Assembly (NCBI RefSeq): GCF_965216145.1
Contig: NZ_OZ244149.1
Span: 417,011-481,010, forward strand
Source: Candidatus Palauibacter sp.
GTDB taxonomy: Bacteria > Gemmatimonadota > Gemmatimonadetes > Palauibacterales > Palauibacteraceae
Reading direction: 5' to 3'
DNA length: 64,000 nt
Part shown: positions 37,990 through 48,612 of the stretch, piece by piece
Layout of the letters: each line of letters begins with the position of its first letter
Numbering within the stretch: the stretch's first letter is position 1
Translations under genes and position numbers: made by a program
Notes under the pieces: generated by a model
What the model was told of the DNA's origin: nothing
Databases searched by the model: none
The model's input: only the letters and a program-made list of their open reading frames with translations

Positions 37990-38745
37990 GTGTCAAACAG
38001 ATTGAACCTCCGCCGACGCAGCCGCCCGGTCACCGGCCTCTTCGTCATCGGGCTGGCAGCGCTCGCGTCCTACCCCGCGGCCCTCGAAGCTCAGGCCGAG
38101 CGCATCGACTCGCCATTCCGCTGGCGCGAGAAGGGCTTCCGCGTCGGCCTGTTCGGGGGATACCACGCGGCGAACCGGGGCCGGCTCGAGTTCGGCCAGG
38201 GGCCGACGAGCGTGGCCGGCGCCAAGATGCGCGTACGCGCGTCGAGCCCGCTGTCGCTCGAACTCGGCGCCACCTACGGCGCCGCGAGCCGCTGGACGCT
38301 GGACGTCACCGGGGAGGGCGGGCCCGCGATCGTGGACACGGTCGCAGCGGGGTGGCTGCGGGCCGACGCCGGGGCGCAGATCGGCCTCACCGGAGCACGG
38401 ACCTGGAACGGCATCCACCCCTACGGGATGATCGGAGGGGGGTTGGTGTTCGGCGTCAACGAGGGCGCTTCGGAGGCCCTCGCCGATCAGGCGCTCGAGC
38501 CGTTCCGTTACGACATCTCCACGGCGCCCCACATCTACGTCGGGCTCGGGTTCGAGATCTTTCCCTCGGAGAAGATCGGCATCGGGTTCGAGATCCGGGA
38601 CTACCTCGTCCGCGTCACCGCCCCGGAAGGGTATCTCTTCTCCGGGACCCTCGATCTGTTCGAGGCGTCTGGCGCCCCCGCGCCGGAGGGGACGGTGTGG
38701 GGTCACAACCCGGAGTTCGGCATCTCCATCTGGTACTACTTCTAA
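37990..38745 (+). CDS. Outer-membrane beta-barrel protein
   Basis: Signal peptide, alternating hydrophobic beta-strand pattern, aromatic C-terminus (WYYF). Confidence 0.5.
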   Translation: MSNRLNLRRRSRPVTGLFVIGLAALASYPAALEAQAERIDSPFRWREKGFRVGLFGGYHAANRGRLEFGQGPTSVAGAKMRVRASSPLSLELGATYGAASRWTLDVTGEGGPAIVDTVAAGWLRADAGAQIGLTGARTWNGIHPYGMIGGGLVFGVNEGASEALADQALEPFRYDISTAPHIYVGLGFEIFPSEKIGIGFEIRDYLVRVTAPEGYLFSGTLDLFEASGAPAPEGTVWGHNPEFGISIWYYF

Positions 38746-38815
38746 CCTTCTGGCGCCGAGGCCCGGCGGGAAGGCACCCGCCGTCGAGACGCGGCGGACC
38801 CGGGAGCGGGCGAGC

Positions 38816-40069
38816 ATGAGCGACGCGGACTGGATCTCCTTCGAAGAGGCGCGTGGTCGCGTCCTCGCGGCCGTCTCGCCTCTCGGGACCGAGCGCGTGG
38901 CGCTGCCCGATGCGTTGGGCCGCGCCCTCGGCCGTCGCGTCTCCGCCGTCGTCGCGCATCCTCCGTGGGACAACAGCGCCATGGACGGCTTCGCCGTGCG
39001 ATCGGACGACGTCCAGGGCGCGAGTCCGGAGCGGCCGGTCGTCCTCCCCATCTCCGACGATATCCCGGCCGGGGCCTTCCCTCGAGGACCGCTCGAGCCC
39101 GGCTCGGCCGCGCGCGTGATGACGGGCGCACCGGTCCCCGCGGGCGCGACGGGCGTGGTTCGTGTCGAGCACACGGATGGAGGCCCCGGACGGAGCGTGC
39201 GGATCTTCGACGACGCGGACGCTGCGCGGCACATCCGCTTGCTCGGTGAGGATGTGGAGGCGGGCGACACGCTCGTGGATCGGGGCGAAGAGGTCGGACC
39301 GGCGGCGCTCGCGCTGCTGGCCACGGCCGGCCTTCGAGAGGTTGAAGTGGGGCGCCGCCCCCGCGTCGCGGTGCTCGCCAACGGAGACGAACTGGCGGAC
39401 CTGGACGAATTCGAGGAGGTACTCGCCAGCCGCCGAATCCTGAATTCGAACAGCTACGCGCTGGCGGCCCAACTCGCAGCCTCGGGGGCCGAACCGGTAT
39501 CACTCGGCATCGCGCGCGACGATCCCGCTGACCTGCGGCGATGCCTGGAGCGGGCCGACGATTGCGACGGGATCGTCTCCGCCGCGGGAGTGAGCGTCGG
39601 CGAACACGATTACGTGAAGCAGGTGCTCGACGAACTGGGCTTCGATCGCTCGTTCTGGCGCCTCCAAATGCGGCCCGGCAGCGCGACGGTCTTCGGTACG
39701 CTGGGCGGGCGGCCCCTCTGGGGGGTCCCGGGCAACCCGGCCTCCGCGCTCGTCACCTTCGAGACGCTGGTGCGTCCGGCCGTGCGGAAGATGGCCGGCT
39801 TCGCGCGGCCCTGCCGCCGGCCGATCACGTGCATCGCGGCGCGGGATGTCCGCGGCCCGAGAGATGTGGTCTCGTTCCTGCGCGTGCTCGTCGAGGCGAC
39901 CCCGTCCGGCGAACTCGTCGCTCGCCCGAGCGGGCCGCAGGGGTCGGGCAACCTGAGCTCGATGCTGGCCGACGGACTGCTCGCGCTGCCGCTCGGCACG
40001 GACGTGGTCCGAGCGGGCGAGCGGGCGCTGGTGATTCCCCTGCGGGAGTGGGCGAGTCCGCCCGGCTGA
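38816..40069 (+). CDS. moeA: Molybdopterin molybdenumtransferase MoeA
   Basis: MoeA N-terminal pattern (SPLGTERVALPDALGR ... SAMDGFAV), MoCF-binding core (GDELADLD ... SGGVSVGEHDY) and C-terminal domain. Confidence 0.8.
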   Translation: MSDADWISFEEARGRVLAAVSPLGTERVALPDALGRALGRRVSAVVAHPPWDNSAMDGFAVRSDDVQGASPERPVVLPISDDIPAGAFPRGPLEPGSAARVMTGAPVPAGATGVVRVEHTDGGPGRSVRIFDDADAARHIRLLGEDVEAGDTLVDRGEEVGPAALALLATAGLREVEVGRRPRVAVLANGDELADLDEFEEVLASRRILNSNSYALAAQLAASGAEPVSLGIARDDPADLRRCLERADDCDGIVSAAGVSVGEHDYVKQVLDELGFDRSFWRLQMRPGSATVFGTLGGRPLWGVPGNPASALVTFETLVRPAVRKMAGFARPCRRPITCIAARDVRGPRDVVSFLRVLVEATPSGELVARPSGPQGSGNLSSMLADGLLALPLGTDVVRAGERALVIPLREWASPPG

Positions 40070-40102
40070 GGCGGTTTGTAGCGGGGCCGTCGGGGCGCCG
40101 GG

Positions 40103-41176
40103 TCAGACCCGGATGACCGCCGCCGCCATCGTGTAGCCTCCGCCGATCGACGTGAGCAGGATCGTGGCCGGATCGGGCACAGGCCCGTGCTTGCCGCGGA
40201 GGACCTCGTCGAGCGTGATGGCCACCGTCGAAGCCGACATGTTGCCGTAATCGGCGATGTTGTGGACGACCCGCCCATTCGGAAGTTCGAGCTTCTGCTC
40301 GAGCCCGCGTGTGATCCGCATGTTCGCCTGGTGCGGAATCACGAAGTCCACGGCCGACCAGTCCAGGCCCGCCCTCTCGAGCGCCTGCTCGCCGACGTCG
40401 GCCATCTTCATGATCGCGTTTCTCACGATGCGAGGACCGCCGTCCATATGAAGGATCGGGATCCGGTCATCGTCCCGCCGCCAGCCCTGTCCCGCCAGAT
40501 ACAGCGGATCGCGGGCGAACTCGCCCGATGAGGCCGGAGGCCCGAGGACGCCCCGGTCGCCTTCACAGCGCTCGAGCACGGCCGCCCCCGCCCCGTCGCC
40601 GAAGAGCACCGCGGTTCGAACGTCGGTGTAATTCACGAGCCGGGTGAGAGCGTCGCCCGAAATAACGAGAACCCGCTCCGCCATGCCGCTCACGATGGCC
40701 GACCAGCCCGCGCCGACGCCGTACACGAAGCCGGCGCAGGCGGCATTGATCGTGAACCCGCCCAACTGCGGGTTCCCCATCTTCGTCGCCACCGTGCACG
40801 CCATGTTCGGCACTTCGTCGGACGGCGACACGGTCGCGACGTACAGCAGGTCGATCTCGTCCGGTTCGCGTCCAGCCGCCTCCAGCGCGGCGAGTCCCGC
40901 GCGGGCGCACATGTCTTCGGTTGTCACGTCGCTTTCCGGCGGGATCCGCCGGCGTGACCTGATTCCGGTCACCTGGCGTGCCCACTGATCGAACACCTCG
41001 GGAGCCGAGAGCCCGTTGGCCCCTTCGATGCCTCGAAGCGCGGATCGGGCCTGCTCGACATCGAACGACGCGCACAGGGTGCCCATCTCGAAGAGCTGGA
41101 AGTTGTTCACGGCGTCGGGCGGCAGGTAACTCCCGGTCCCCGTTACCGCGGCAGTGACTCTGGCTGCCAAGGGCAC
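40103..41176 (-). CDS. 3-oxoacyl-ACP synthase III family (FabH-like KAS III)
   Basis: Catalytic triad context: INAACAGFVYG (Cys), VIPHQANMRI (His), and Asn region near the C-terminus. Confidence 0.75.
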   Translation of the reverse strand: MPLAARVTAAVTGTGSYLPPDAVNNFQLFEMGTLCASFDVEQARSALRGIEGANGLSAPEVFDQWARQVTGIRSRRRIPPESDVTTEDMCARAGLAALEAAGREPDEIDLLYVATVSPSDEVPNMACTVATKMGNPQLGGFTINAACAGFVYGVGAGWSAIVSGMAERVLVISGDALTRLVNYTDVRTAVLFGDGAGAAVLERCEGDRGVLGPPASSGEFARDPLYLAGQGWRRDDDRIPILHMDGGPRIVRNAIMKMADVGEQALERAGLDWSAVDFVIPHQANMRITRGLEQKLELPNGRVVHNIADYGNMSASTVAITLDEVLRGKHGPVPDPATILLTSIGGGYTMAAAVIRV

Positions 41177-41272
41177 ACCTTCCCCGGTGGATTGGGAGTT
41201 GGATTGGAGAGTCCGGGAGTATAGGCGGGGACGGGGAGCGTTGCCAACCCGCCCGGCTGGACCCTCGAGGGT

Positions 41273-41953
41273 CTAGGGGAGGGACCCGGCCATGAGGAAT
41301 CGTTCGGCTGCCGAGCGGGCGGCCGCGGCCAGCGCTTCCGTCGGACAGGGGCGGGCCGGCAGCGCCCGCGCGCACTCACGGACGGCCGCGCGGGACCAGC
41401 AATCCGCCGGCTGGCCGCCGCCGCACTCTCGCACGAGGAGCTTCACGCTGGCCGGAAGGCGGAGCACCGCGTCGCTGTCCAGTTCCTCGGACAGGGCGTA
41501 GCGGACCAGCTCCTCGGCGGGGCCCAGTTCGACCCCGGCGTCGAGCAGCTCCTCGAGAGAGACGACGACGATCGCGAAGTCGTCCGGGCGATCGCGCCCG
41601 AGCGTGGTCAGGAGCCCGCGCGCCACCCCGCGGCGCAGCGCATCGGCCGCCTTCTCGAGCGCGATCGGCTCGGCGCCGGGACCCACGACTGCCACCGCGG
41701 CCCGTAGTTCGTCGGCGAACGCGTTCACCGCAGCGAGGACGACCTCCGGGGCCATCCGCTTGGCGACGCCCTCCATGGCCTTGTCGATGAGGAGGCTGCG
41801 GGGGAGCCCGTCGCGCACGCCGGCCTCGATGACGGAGAGGGTACGGGCCGCGTAGACCGCGCCGAGGTGCTGGCTGAAGCGGGCTCGCGCGTCCTGCCCC
41901 GCCAGCGGGCCCGCCACCAGCAGCGCCGCGACGAGGAGCAGGGCCTTGGCCAC
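41273..41953 (-). CDS. Hypothetical secreted protein
   Basis: Signal-like MAKALLLVAALLVAGPLAGQ; helical; no family recognised. Confidence 0.45.
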   Translation of the reverse strand: MAKALLLVAALLVAGPLAGQDARARFSQHLGAVYAARTLSVIEAGVRDGLPRSLLIDKAMEGVAKRMAPEVVLAAVNAFADELRAAVAVVGPGAEPIALEKAADALRRGVARGLLTTLGRDRPDDFAIVVVSLEELLDAGVELGPAEELVRYALSEELDSDAVLRLPASVKLLVRECGGGQPADCWSRAAVRECARALPARPCPTEALAAAARSAAERFLMAGSLP

Positions 41954-41959
41954 GAGCTG

Positions 41960-42601
41960 CTAGGGAGCCAGCGAGCGGGCGCCCGCGCCGCCCGTGATGG
42001 CGATGACGGCGTTCTGGTTGCCGTATCCGTCTTCCACATAGCGTTCCGCGTGTGGATCGGTCATCCAGGTCTCGCCGTCCACGAGGAACATGTACTTGTG
42101 CACCCCCGGCGGAAGCCGGACACGGCCGGACCACAGGCCGGTCCCGTAGGGGTCGGCCAGCGCGATCTCCGGCTGCCAGTCGTTGAAATCGCCGGCCACG
42201 TAGACCGACGTCGCCCCCGGCGCCTCGAGGCGGAACTGCACGTAGTGCACCTCTTCGCTGACGAGCGTCGCGGCCGCGCCCGCGGGCTCCGAGAGCACGT
42301 TTTCGCGCGGCAGGAACAGGAAGGTGGCCAGCGCGGCGGCAGCCGCGAGCCCGAGCCACGGTCGCACCCGTACGGAACGGGGATGGACCCACCAGTCGAC
42401 GAGACCGGACCAGGGACGCCGGTCCTCGGCCCGGATCGCGTCGAGCACCCTCGACTCGAGCCCGACCGGGGCACCTTCAACTCCCGAATCTCGGACGTCC
42501 GAGAGGAAGAGGTCCCAGCGCTCGGCCTCCCGCGCAACATCGGGCGGGAGTTCCGAACGGTCCATTCCCCCGTCCAGATACAGATTCAGATCGTCTCTCA
42601 T
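41960..42601 (-). CDS. Anti-sigma factor with C-terminal glycogen-binding (AMPK-CBM/CBM48-like) domain
   Basis: Start overlaps the stop of the upstream ECF sigma gene; central transmembrane segment; C-terminal VYVAGDFNDWQP ... GVHKYMFLVDG. Confidence 0.5.
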   Translation of the reverse strand: MRDDLNLYLDGGMDRSELPPDVAREAERWDLFLSDVRDSGVEGAPVGLESRVLDAIRAEDRRPWSGLVDWWVHPRSVRVRPWLGLAAAAALATFLFLPRENVLSEPAGAAATLVSEEVHYVQFRLEAPGATSVYVAGDFNDWQPEIALADPYGTGLWSGRVRLPPGVHKYMFLVDGETWMTDPHAERYVEDGYGNQNAVIAITGGAGARSLAP

Positions 42602-43113
42602 CGGTAATCCTCTAACAGCACCTGTAACTGATCCCGCGCCCGGTGCACGCGCATCTTCAGCGCGGACACGGAGACTTCCAGTTTCTCAGCCATCTCTTCG
42701 TACGACCAGCCCTCGACGTGCTTCAGGACGAAGGCTTCGCGCTGTTCATCGCTCAGCGACTGCAACGCCCGGTAGATCTGTTCCCGGATCTCCGCCCGTT
42801 CGGCTCTCGCCTCCGGGAGACCCCGCGTCGCGGTCAGGGGACCGACCGATTCCAGGGAGACTTCCCTCTTCGCCCGACCCTTCAACTGATCCTTGCACAG
42901 GTTCACGGTGATTCGAAACAGCCAGCCTCCCACGCGCTCCGGATCACGGCACCGGTCGAGCCGACGGAAACCCCGGATGAAAGTGCGCTGCACGACATCC
43001 GCGGCGTCGTCCGCACGGCCGGTCATCCGCTCCGCGTAGCGGTACAACACATCCTTGTACCGCCGGACGAGAATCCCGTAGGCCTCGCGGTCGCCTGCCA
43101 GAACGGCCGACAC
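42598..43113 (-). CDS. RNA polymerase sigma-70 factor, ECF subfamily
   Basis: Region 2 (YKDVLYRYAERMTGRADDAADVVQRTFIRGFRRL) and region 4 (SDEQREAFVLKHVEGWSYEEMAEKLEVSVSALKMRVHRARDQL). Confidence 0.8.
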   Translation of the reverse strand: MSAVLAGDREAYGILVRRYKDVLYRYAERMTGRADDAADVVQRTFIRGFRRLDRCRDPERVGGWLFRITVNLCKDQLKGRAKREVSLESVGPLTATRGLPEARAERAEIREQIYRALQSLSDEQREAFVLKHVEGWSYEEMAEKLEVSVSALKMRVHRARDQLQVLLEDYR

Positions 43114-43313
43114 CGTTTCCGCGTCGCTCGGCTCCTCGCGGGCAATCCGACCCTCCCGCCCGACCCGAAAGATCTTCTCTTCGGGAATAAGACGACCTCT
43201 ACCGCGTTACGGTCACTCGCTTCGATCATCGGCCCCGGGGCGGCGTCCCCTCGAGACCCCGAACCTGCAGCGAGAACTTAGCGGAGGCGGGGTTCCCCAA
43301 CTACCTTGCGCGC

Positions 43314-44456
43314 GTGAACGCCGGGAACCATGCCACCCACGAGAGCCGCGATGCCGCGACGCGGGCGGCACCGGATCTGTCCGGTCTCCCCACCCCGGCG
43401 CTCCTCCTCGATCTCGATGTTCTCGAGAACAATCTCCGGGTCATGCAGGAGCGCGCGGACGCACTCGGCGTCCGGCTTCGCCCCCATGTGAAGACGCACA
43501 AGTGCGTGGAGATCGCCGAACGGCAGCGCGCCGGGGCGGCGAGGGGAATCACCGTGTCCACGCTGGCGGAGGCCCGGGTCTTCGCGGAGGCGGGGTTCGA
43601 CGACATCCTCTGGGCCTTCCCGCTCAACCTGTCCCGGGTCGGCGAGGCGGCGGAACTCTCCCGTGAGATCGAACTGGGCGTGACGGTGGACTCGCACGCG
43701 GCGGTGGCCGCGCTCGAGACGGCCGCCGCGCGCTTCTCCGTCTGGCTCGAGATCGACTGCGGCTACGGCCGTTCGGGAGTCCCCCACGACAGCGACCGAG
43801 TCGTGGAGGTGGCGGCACGGATCGCGCGCGCGGACAGGCTCACGCTGCGCGGCTGCCTGACCCACGCGGGCCACACTTACGCGGCGGACTCACCCGCCGC
43901 GATCGCGGCGGTGGCGGAAGAGGAGCGGCAAGCCATGGTCGACGCGGGGCGGGCACTCCGCGCGGCGGGGATCGAACCCGGCACGCTGTCGCTCGGATCC
44001 ACGCCCGGGATGAGCCGGGTCGAGACGCTGGCGGGGGTCGACGAGGCGCGGCCGGGCAACTACGCCCTCTACGACTATTCGCAGACGCGCCTGGGCTCGT
44101 GCTCGGTGCGGGACTGCGCGGTCACGGTACTGTCGACTGTCGTCTCCGCCGGGGGCGGATCGAGCGGATCGATCGCCGACTGCGGGGCGCTCGCGCTCTC
44201 GAAGGATCTCGGACCCGACGACCCGCCGCACTACGGGCGGCTCTTTCTCGACCTCGCGGGAGGCGAACTCGGGGACGACCGCGTGACGTCGGTGAGCCAG
44301 GAACACGGGCGCATCTCCGGCCGGTCCGCGGTGGGGGAGAAGATCCGGGTGCTGCCGAATCACGCCTGCCTGACCGTCGCGCAATTCGATCACTTCGATG
44401 TCGTGCGCGGGCGTCGGGTGGTCGACGGCTGGAAGATCAGGCGAACGCGCGACTGA
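43314..44456 (+). CDS. Alanine racemase-domain protein (D-serine deaminase-like / D-threonine aldolase family)
   Basis: RLRPHVKTHKC (PLP-lysine motif of fold-type III enzymes) and overall length. Confidence 0.6.
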   Translation: MNAGNHATHESRDAATRAAPDLSGLPTPALLLDLDVLENNLRVMQERADALGVRLRPHVKTHKCVEIAERQRAGAARGITVSTLAEARVFAEAGFDDILWAFPLNLSRVGEAAELSREIELGVTVDSHAAVAALETAAARFSVWLEIDCGYGRSGVPHDSDRVVEVAARIARADRLTLRGCLTHAGHTYAADSPAAIAAVAEEERQAMVDAGRALRAAGIEPGTLSLGSTPGMSRVETLAGVDEARPGNYALYDYSQTRLGSCSVRDCAVTVLSTVVSAGGGSSGSIADCGALALSKDLGPDDPPHYGRLFLDLAGGELGDDRVTSVSQEHGRISGRSAVGEKIRVLPNHACLTVAQFDHFDVVRGRRVVDGWKIRRTRD

Positions 44457-44495
44457 GCGAGTCGGGCCGGGATCGCGGGTGGAGGGCGGTCCGGG

Positions 44496-45536
44496 TCAGG
44501 GCGCGCGGCCGAGCGCGATGAGCTGCGCGAGGATCGAGACCGCGATCTGCTCGGGTGTGCGGGCGCCGATGTCGAGCCCCACCGGGCCATGTATGCGGTC
44601 GCACGCGGCCTCGTCCAGCCCGCGCGCGCGCAGCGCTTCCCGGCGCTTGCGCTGCGTCCGTCGTCCCCCGAGCAGACCGACGTAGCCGCAGCGCGAGGCG
44701 AGCGCGCTCTCGAGCGCGGGTTCGTCCAGCTTGGCGTCGTGCGTGAGGGTGACGACGCTCGTGCGGGGGTCGAGATCGAGCGCCTCCAGCGCCTCGTCCG
44801 GCCAGCGGGCGTCGAGCGCGGCGGCCCCGGGGAAGCGCTCCGGCCGCAGGAACGCCTCACGCGGGTCGACGACCAGGACCTCGAAGCCGGTTCGGGCGGC
44901 CATGGCGCAGAGCGCGTGAGCGATGGGCGTCGCCCCCACGATGACGAGGCGCGGCGGCGGGACGAAGGACTCGACGAAGACGGCGCTCTCCGGGTCGCCG
45001 CGCACGAGTTCGACGACCTGCGCGTCCGACCGGTCGAGCCATTCGTTGACGCGGGAGCGGGCCCGTCGGTCGAACTCCGCGGATCCCAGCGTTCCCAGCG
45101 ACCTGTCGGCCTCGAGGAGGAGGTGCCGCGAGCGCGTCGACGCCGCGGCGCCGGTGAGGAGGACGCTCGGTGCGCCGGCCTCCTGGAGCTGCCACAGCCG
45201 GTGCCAGACGGGGTCACCGGGATCGTACGGGTCGAGGAGTACGTCGATCTCCCCGCCGCAGGAGAGGCCGACGCCCGCGGCCATCTCGTCGGTGATCCCG
45301 TAGGTGACGGTGGCCGGCGCGCCGCCGCCCAGCAGCGCGGTGAGCCGTTCGTGAAGGTCGCCCTCGACACAGCCGCTGGAGATCGAGCCGGCGAGTTCCC
45401 CGGTCCCGGAGATGGCGAACCGCGCGCCCGGTGGCCGCGGGGCCGACCGGCGCACCGCGATCAGCGTCGCGATGGCGATCGGATCGCCCCGCCCGGCCCA
45501 GCGCGTGATGTCCTCGCGTACGTCCCGTAGACTCAT
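44496..45536 (-). CDS. XdhC/CoxI family accessory protein
   Basis: Start at internal ATG (MSLRDVREDITRW...). N-terminal XdhC_CoxI pattern plus Rossmann-like VIVGATPIAHALCAMAARTGFEVLVVDPRE. Confidence 0.65.
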   Translation of the reverse strand: MSLRDVREDITRWAGRGDPIAIATLIAVRRSAPRPPGARFAISGTGELAGSISSGCVEGDLHERLTALLGGGAPATVTYGITDEMAAGVGLSCGGEIDVLLDPYDPGDPVWHRLWQLQEAGAPSVLLTGAAASTRSRHLLLEADRSLGTLGSAEFDRRARSRVNEWLDRSDAQVVELVRGDPESAVFVESFVPPPRLVIVGATPIAHALCAMAARTGFEVLVVDPREAFLRPERFPGAAALDARWPDEALEALDLDPRTSVVTLTHDAKLDEPALESALASRCGYVGLLGGRRTQRKRREALRARGLDEAACDRIHGPVGLDIGARTPEQIAVSILAQLIALGRAP

Positions 45537-45555
45537 GGCGACCGAAGGCGGGTGG

Positions 45556-46539
45556 CTACCCGCCCTGACGGACCTCGCGAACCGCCTCGGTGAGTGCGGG
45601 CAGAATCTCGAACACGTCGCCCACCAATCCGTAGTCGGCCACGCCGAAGATGGGGGCGTCGGCATCGCGATTGATCGCGACGATGATCTTCGCGGTGCGC
45701 ATGCCCGCCAGATGCTGGATCGCCCCGCTGATCCCGACCGCGAAATAGAGATTGGGGGAGACGGTCTTCCCGGTCTGCCCCACCTGCTCGCCGTGCGGCC
45801 GCCACCCCGCGTCCACGACGGCCCGGCTGGCGCCGAGCGCCGCCTCGTCGCCCAGCGCGTCCACGAGTCCCTCGAGGAGCGGCCAGTTCTCGGGGCCCTG
45901 CATGCCGCGCCCGCCCGAGACGATGATCGTCGCTTCGCTCACATCGAGGCGGTCGCGATCGCCCTGCTCGGCGGCGACGGTGCGCACGCGCCCCTCGATC
46001 CCGCCGAGATCGAGCGCGGAGATCTCCCCCGCCGCGGCCTGTTCGACGGGGGCGAAGACGTTGGCCCGAATCGTCATCACGGCCGGTCCCTCGCCGAACC
46101 TGAGGGTGGCGATCGCCTTCCCTGCGTACATCGGGCGCCGGACGACGATCTCGCCGTCTTCCAGCCGGCAGTCGATGACCTCCGACGCGACCCCCCGCCC
46201 GAGGCGGGCGCCGACCCGTGGAGCGACATCCTTTCCCTGTGCGGTGGCGGCGAAGATGACCGCCCCGTAGTCCCCGGCCTCCACGAGGCGGGCCACGACC
46301 TTCGCGGCGATGTCCGGCTGGCAGAGCGCGAGATCGTCAGATTCCCCGACGAAGATGCGGTCGGCGCCCAGGCCGGCGAGCGGCGCAGCCGCCGCCTCCG
46401 TGCCCTCGGGGCCGAGCGCGACCGCGTGCGCTTCGCCGCCGAGTTCGTCGGCGAGCCTGCGCGCCAGCGCCACCGCCTCCTGCGACGGGCGTCCAGCCGA
46501 CCCTTCCCGGATCTCGGCGTAGGCGAGCACATCCGACAT
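45556..46539 (-). CDS. etfA: Electron transfer flavoprotein alpha subunit
   Basis: Start at internal ATG ([13 protein letters not shown]...), overlapping the etfB stop. FAD-binding C-terminal region (IVSGGRG ... SRAVVDAGW ... QVGQTGK ... [16 protein letters not shown]). Confidence 0.8.
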   Translation of the reverse strand: MSDVLAYAEIREGSAGRPSQEAVALARRLADELGGEAHAVALGPEGTEAAAAPLAGLGADRIFVGESDDLALCQPDIAAKVVARLVEAGDYGAVIFAATAQGKDVAPRVGARLGRGVASEVIDCRLEDGEIVVRRPMYAGKAIATLRFGEGPAVMTIRANVFAPVEQAAAGEISALDLGGIEGRVRTVAAEQGDRDRLDVSEATIIVSGGRGMQGPENWPLLEGLVDALGDEAALGASRAVVDAGWRPHGEQVGQTGKTVSPNLYFAVGISGAIQHLAGMRTAKIIVAINRDADAPIFGVADYGLVGDVFEILPALTEAVREVRQGG

Positions 46540-47288
46540 CAGAGCACCCCGGCTTCCTCGCGCAGCGCGCGCACGAGTTCGGGCACCGCGTCCGCCCCTT
46601 CGCCCACGATGCGGCCGGCCGCCGGGGCCGGCGGCTCCTCCAGACGCACGAAGTCGATCGTGGGCGCGCGGAGCGTGACCTCCCGCTCCTCGAGCGGCTT
46701 CCGCTTCGCCGCCATGATCCCCTTGAGGCTCGGATAGCGCGGCTCGTTCAGCCCCTTCTGCGTCGACACGACGGCGGGCAGCGTGAACTCGAGCACCTCG
46801 TGTCCGCCCTCGACCTCGCGGCGGGCCCTCGCCTCCCGTCCCTCGATCTCCAGACCGACGACGACGGTCGCGCACGGGAGTTCGAGGAATTCGGCCACCA
46901 TCTGGGGGACCTGCATGTTGTCGTCATCGATCGCCTGCTTCCCGAACAGGACCAGATCGTACTCGCGGCCGCGGATCTCGTCCGCCAGCGCGCGCGCCAC
47001 CGGCAGCGCGTCGTGCGAACCCTCGCAGCTGAGGAGCACCCCTTCATCGGCTCCCATGGCGAGCGCCTGTCGGATCGACTCGGCGCTCTGCGGCGGCCCG
47101 AGCGCAATGACGGTCACCCTGCCCTCCCCCGCCTCTTCCCTGCGGCGGATGGCATCCTCGAGCGCGAACTCGTCGTAGGGGTTCACGACGTATTTCACCC
47201 CGGCCGGGTCCAGCCCCGTCCCATCCGGGGTCACGCGCACCCGGGTCGCCGAGTCCGGGACGCGCTTCATGCAGACGATCGTGTTCAT
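46539..47288 (-). CDS. etfB: Electron transfer flavoprotein beta subunit
   Basis: MNTIVCMKRVPD ... VNPYDEFALE ... characteristic EtfB N-terminus; immediately upstream of etfA. Confidence 0.8.
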   Translation of the reverse strand: MNTIVCMKRVPDSATRVRVTPDGTGLDPAGVKYVVNPYDEFALEDAIRRREEAGEGRVTVIALGPPQSAESIRQALAMGADEGVLLSCEGSHDALPVARALADEIRGREYDLVLFGKQAIDDDNMQVPQMVAEFLELPCATVVVGLEIEGREARARREVEGGHEVLEFTLPAVVSTQKGLNEPRYPSLKGIMAAKRKPLEEREVTLRAPTIDFVRLEEPPAPAAGRIVGEGADAVPELVRALREEAGVL

Positions 47289-47308
47289 CGCGTCTTTATC
47301 GTTTCGCG

Positions 47309-47893
47309 TCAGGCGTTCTGGTAGGTCTCGATTTCTTCGTTGCGGAGGGCACAGATGCGAAACGCGATGATGTCGACGAGGGCGTCGGTGACGTCCCGCT
47401 GGCGGTGGATCGTGGCCCGTTCGTGCTCCGACCGGGGCCGCGCCTCGCGAAGCTTCACGAGCCGCGTACCCAACCAGTCGAGGAAGTCGTGCGCCACGTC
47501 GCGGCGTTCACGGTCGCGATCCGGTTCCCCGTTCGGGGCCCTCGGAAGGAAGGCGTCGATCAGTGTGAGCAGTCCGGGAAAGACCATCTCGGTGAGTTCC
47601 TCGTCTCCGACGAGTTCCTCCTCGGTGATCTCCTCCCAACTCATCTCGTTCCAGTACAGTTCGCAGGCTTCTTCGAACAGATGCCGGCGCACCTCGGGGG
47701 GCGTTCTTCGCAGGACGAGGTCGCCCGGCCCGAGCCTTCGGCCGACGACTTTGCGAATCCCGCGGATGCGTTCCCGGACGAGGGTCCGGCCGGCCAGGGC
47801 GAGGGCGTCGTCCCCTGGATCCTCGGGCGAGGTTCGGGCTTGCGTTGCGTTGTTCACGGGGCCGAAGATGCGATGGCCACGGTGAAGGAACAA
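47309..47893 (-). CDS. Hypothetical protein
   Basis: ORF of 194 codons divergent from the ECF sigma gene; no motif recognised; start uncertain. Confidence 0.4.
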   Translation of the reverse strand: MFLHRGHRIFGPVNNATQARTSPEDPGDDALALAGRTLVRERIRGIRKVVGRRLGPGDLVLRRTPPEVRRHLFEEACELYWNEMSWEEITEEELVGDEELTEMVFPGLLTLIDAFLPRAPNGEPDRDRERRDVAHDFLDWLGTRLVKLREARPRSEHERATIHRQRDVTDALVDIIAFRICALRNEEIETYQNA

Positions 47894-47958
47894 GCACCGC
47901 GCCGGACGATGCGGGGGGCGGTTGCAACGGCCGGTATCGAGGGAGTGTTACCCAAGCG

Positions 47959-48612
47959 ATGGTGACGCCTTTGGCGGAGGACACGCGAACGCATACACAT
48001 CGACCGGCCGCCGGGACCCGCTCCGGCGCCGGGCCTGATGAGCAGACGGACCCCGGGGCGGACGAGCCCGGCCTCGTGGAGGCCGTGCAGGCGGGCGATG
48101 TGGAGGCGTTCTCGCGGTTCGTGACGCGGTATGCGGATCCGGCGTACGCCGTGGCGCTTTCGATCCTGCGTCAGGAACAGGACGCGGAAGACGCGGTGCA
48201 GGCCGCGTTCATCCGCGCGCTGGAGAGAATCGGGCAGTTGCGGCCGGGGAGTCGCTTCGGCCCGTGGTTTTATCGTGTGCTGCGGAGTACGTGTCTTAAT
48301 CTCCGGCGGCGCGAGATGCTGCGGACGCACTCGGAACTCACGGACACCGCGGCGTCGCGGGACGATCCGCACCGGGAGTTCGAACGAAGTCACGCCCGGG
48401 GCCGAGTGCTCGAGGCGCTGGAACGGCTTCCGGAGCGGCAGCGGACGGCGGTCATGATGTACGACCTGGAGGGATACGATCACGCCGAAATCGCCGGGAT
48501 CCTCGGGATCGCGGTGGGCACGTCGAGGGCGAACCTTCATCACGGGAGGCACGCGCTGCGCCGAGTTCTGGGCGAGAGTGCGTCTCCTACCGAAGGAGCA
48601 GAAGATGAGTAG
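47959..48612 (+). CDS. RNA polymerase sigma-70 factor, ECF subfamily
   Basis: Start at internal ATG (MVTPLAEDT...). Region 2 (VTRYADPAYAVALSILRQEQDAEDAVQAAFIRA) and region 4 (RQRTAVMMYDLEGYDHAEIAGILGIAVGTSRANLHHGRHALR). Confidence 0.75.
   Translation: MVTPLAEDTRTHTHRPAAGTRSGAGPDEQTDPGADEPGLVEAVQAGDVEAFSRFVTRYADPAYAVALSILRQEQDAEDAVQAAFIRALERIGQLRPGSRFGPWFYRVLRSTCLNLRRREMLRTHSELTDTAASRDDPHREFERSHARGRVLEALERLPERQRTAVMMYDLEGYDHAEIAGILGIAVGTSRANLHHGRHALRRVLGESASPTEGAEDE

Noticed and set aside
40069-40103. Possible hairpin terminator between convergent moeA and the FabH-like gene
   Set aside because: Only a short 6-bp stem could be read and it overlaps a stop codon; too weak to call.
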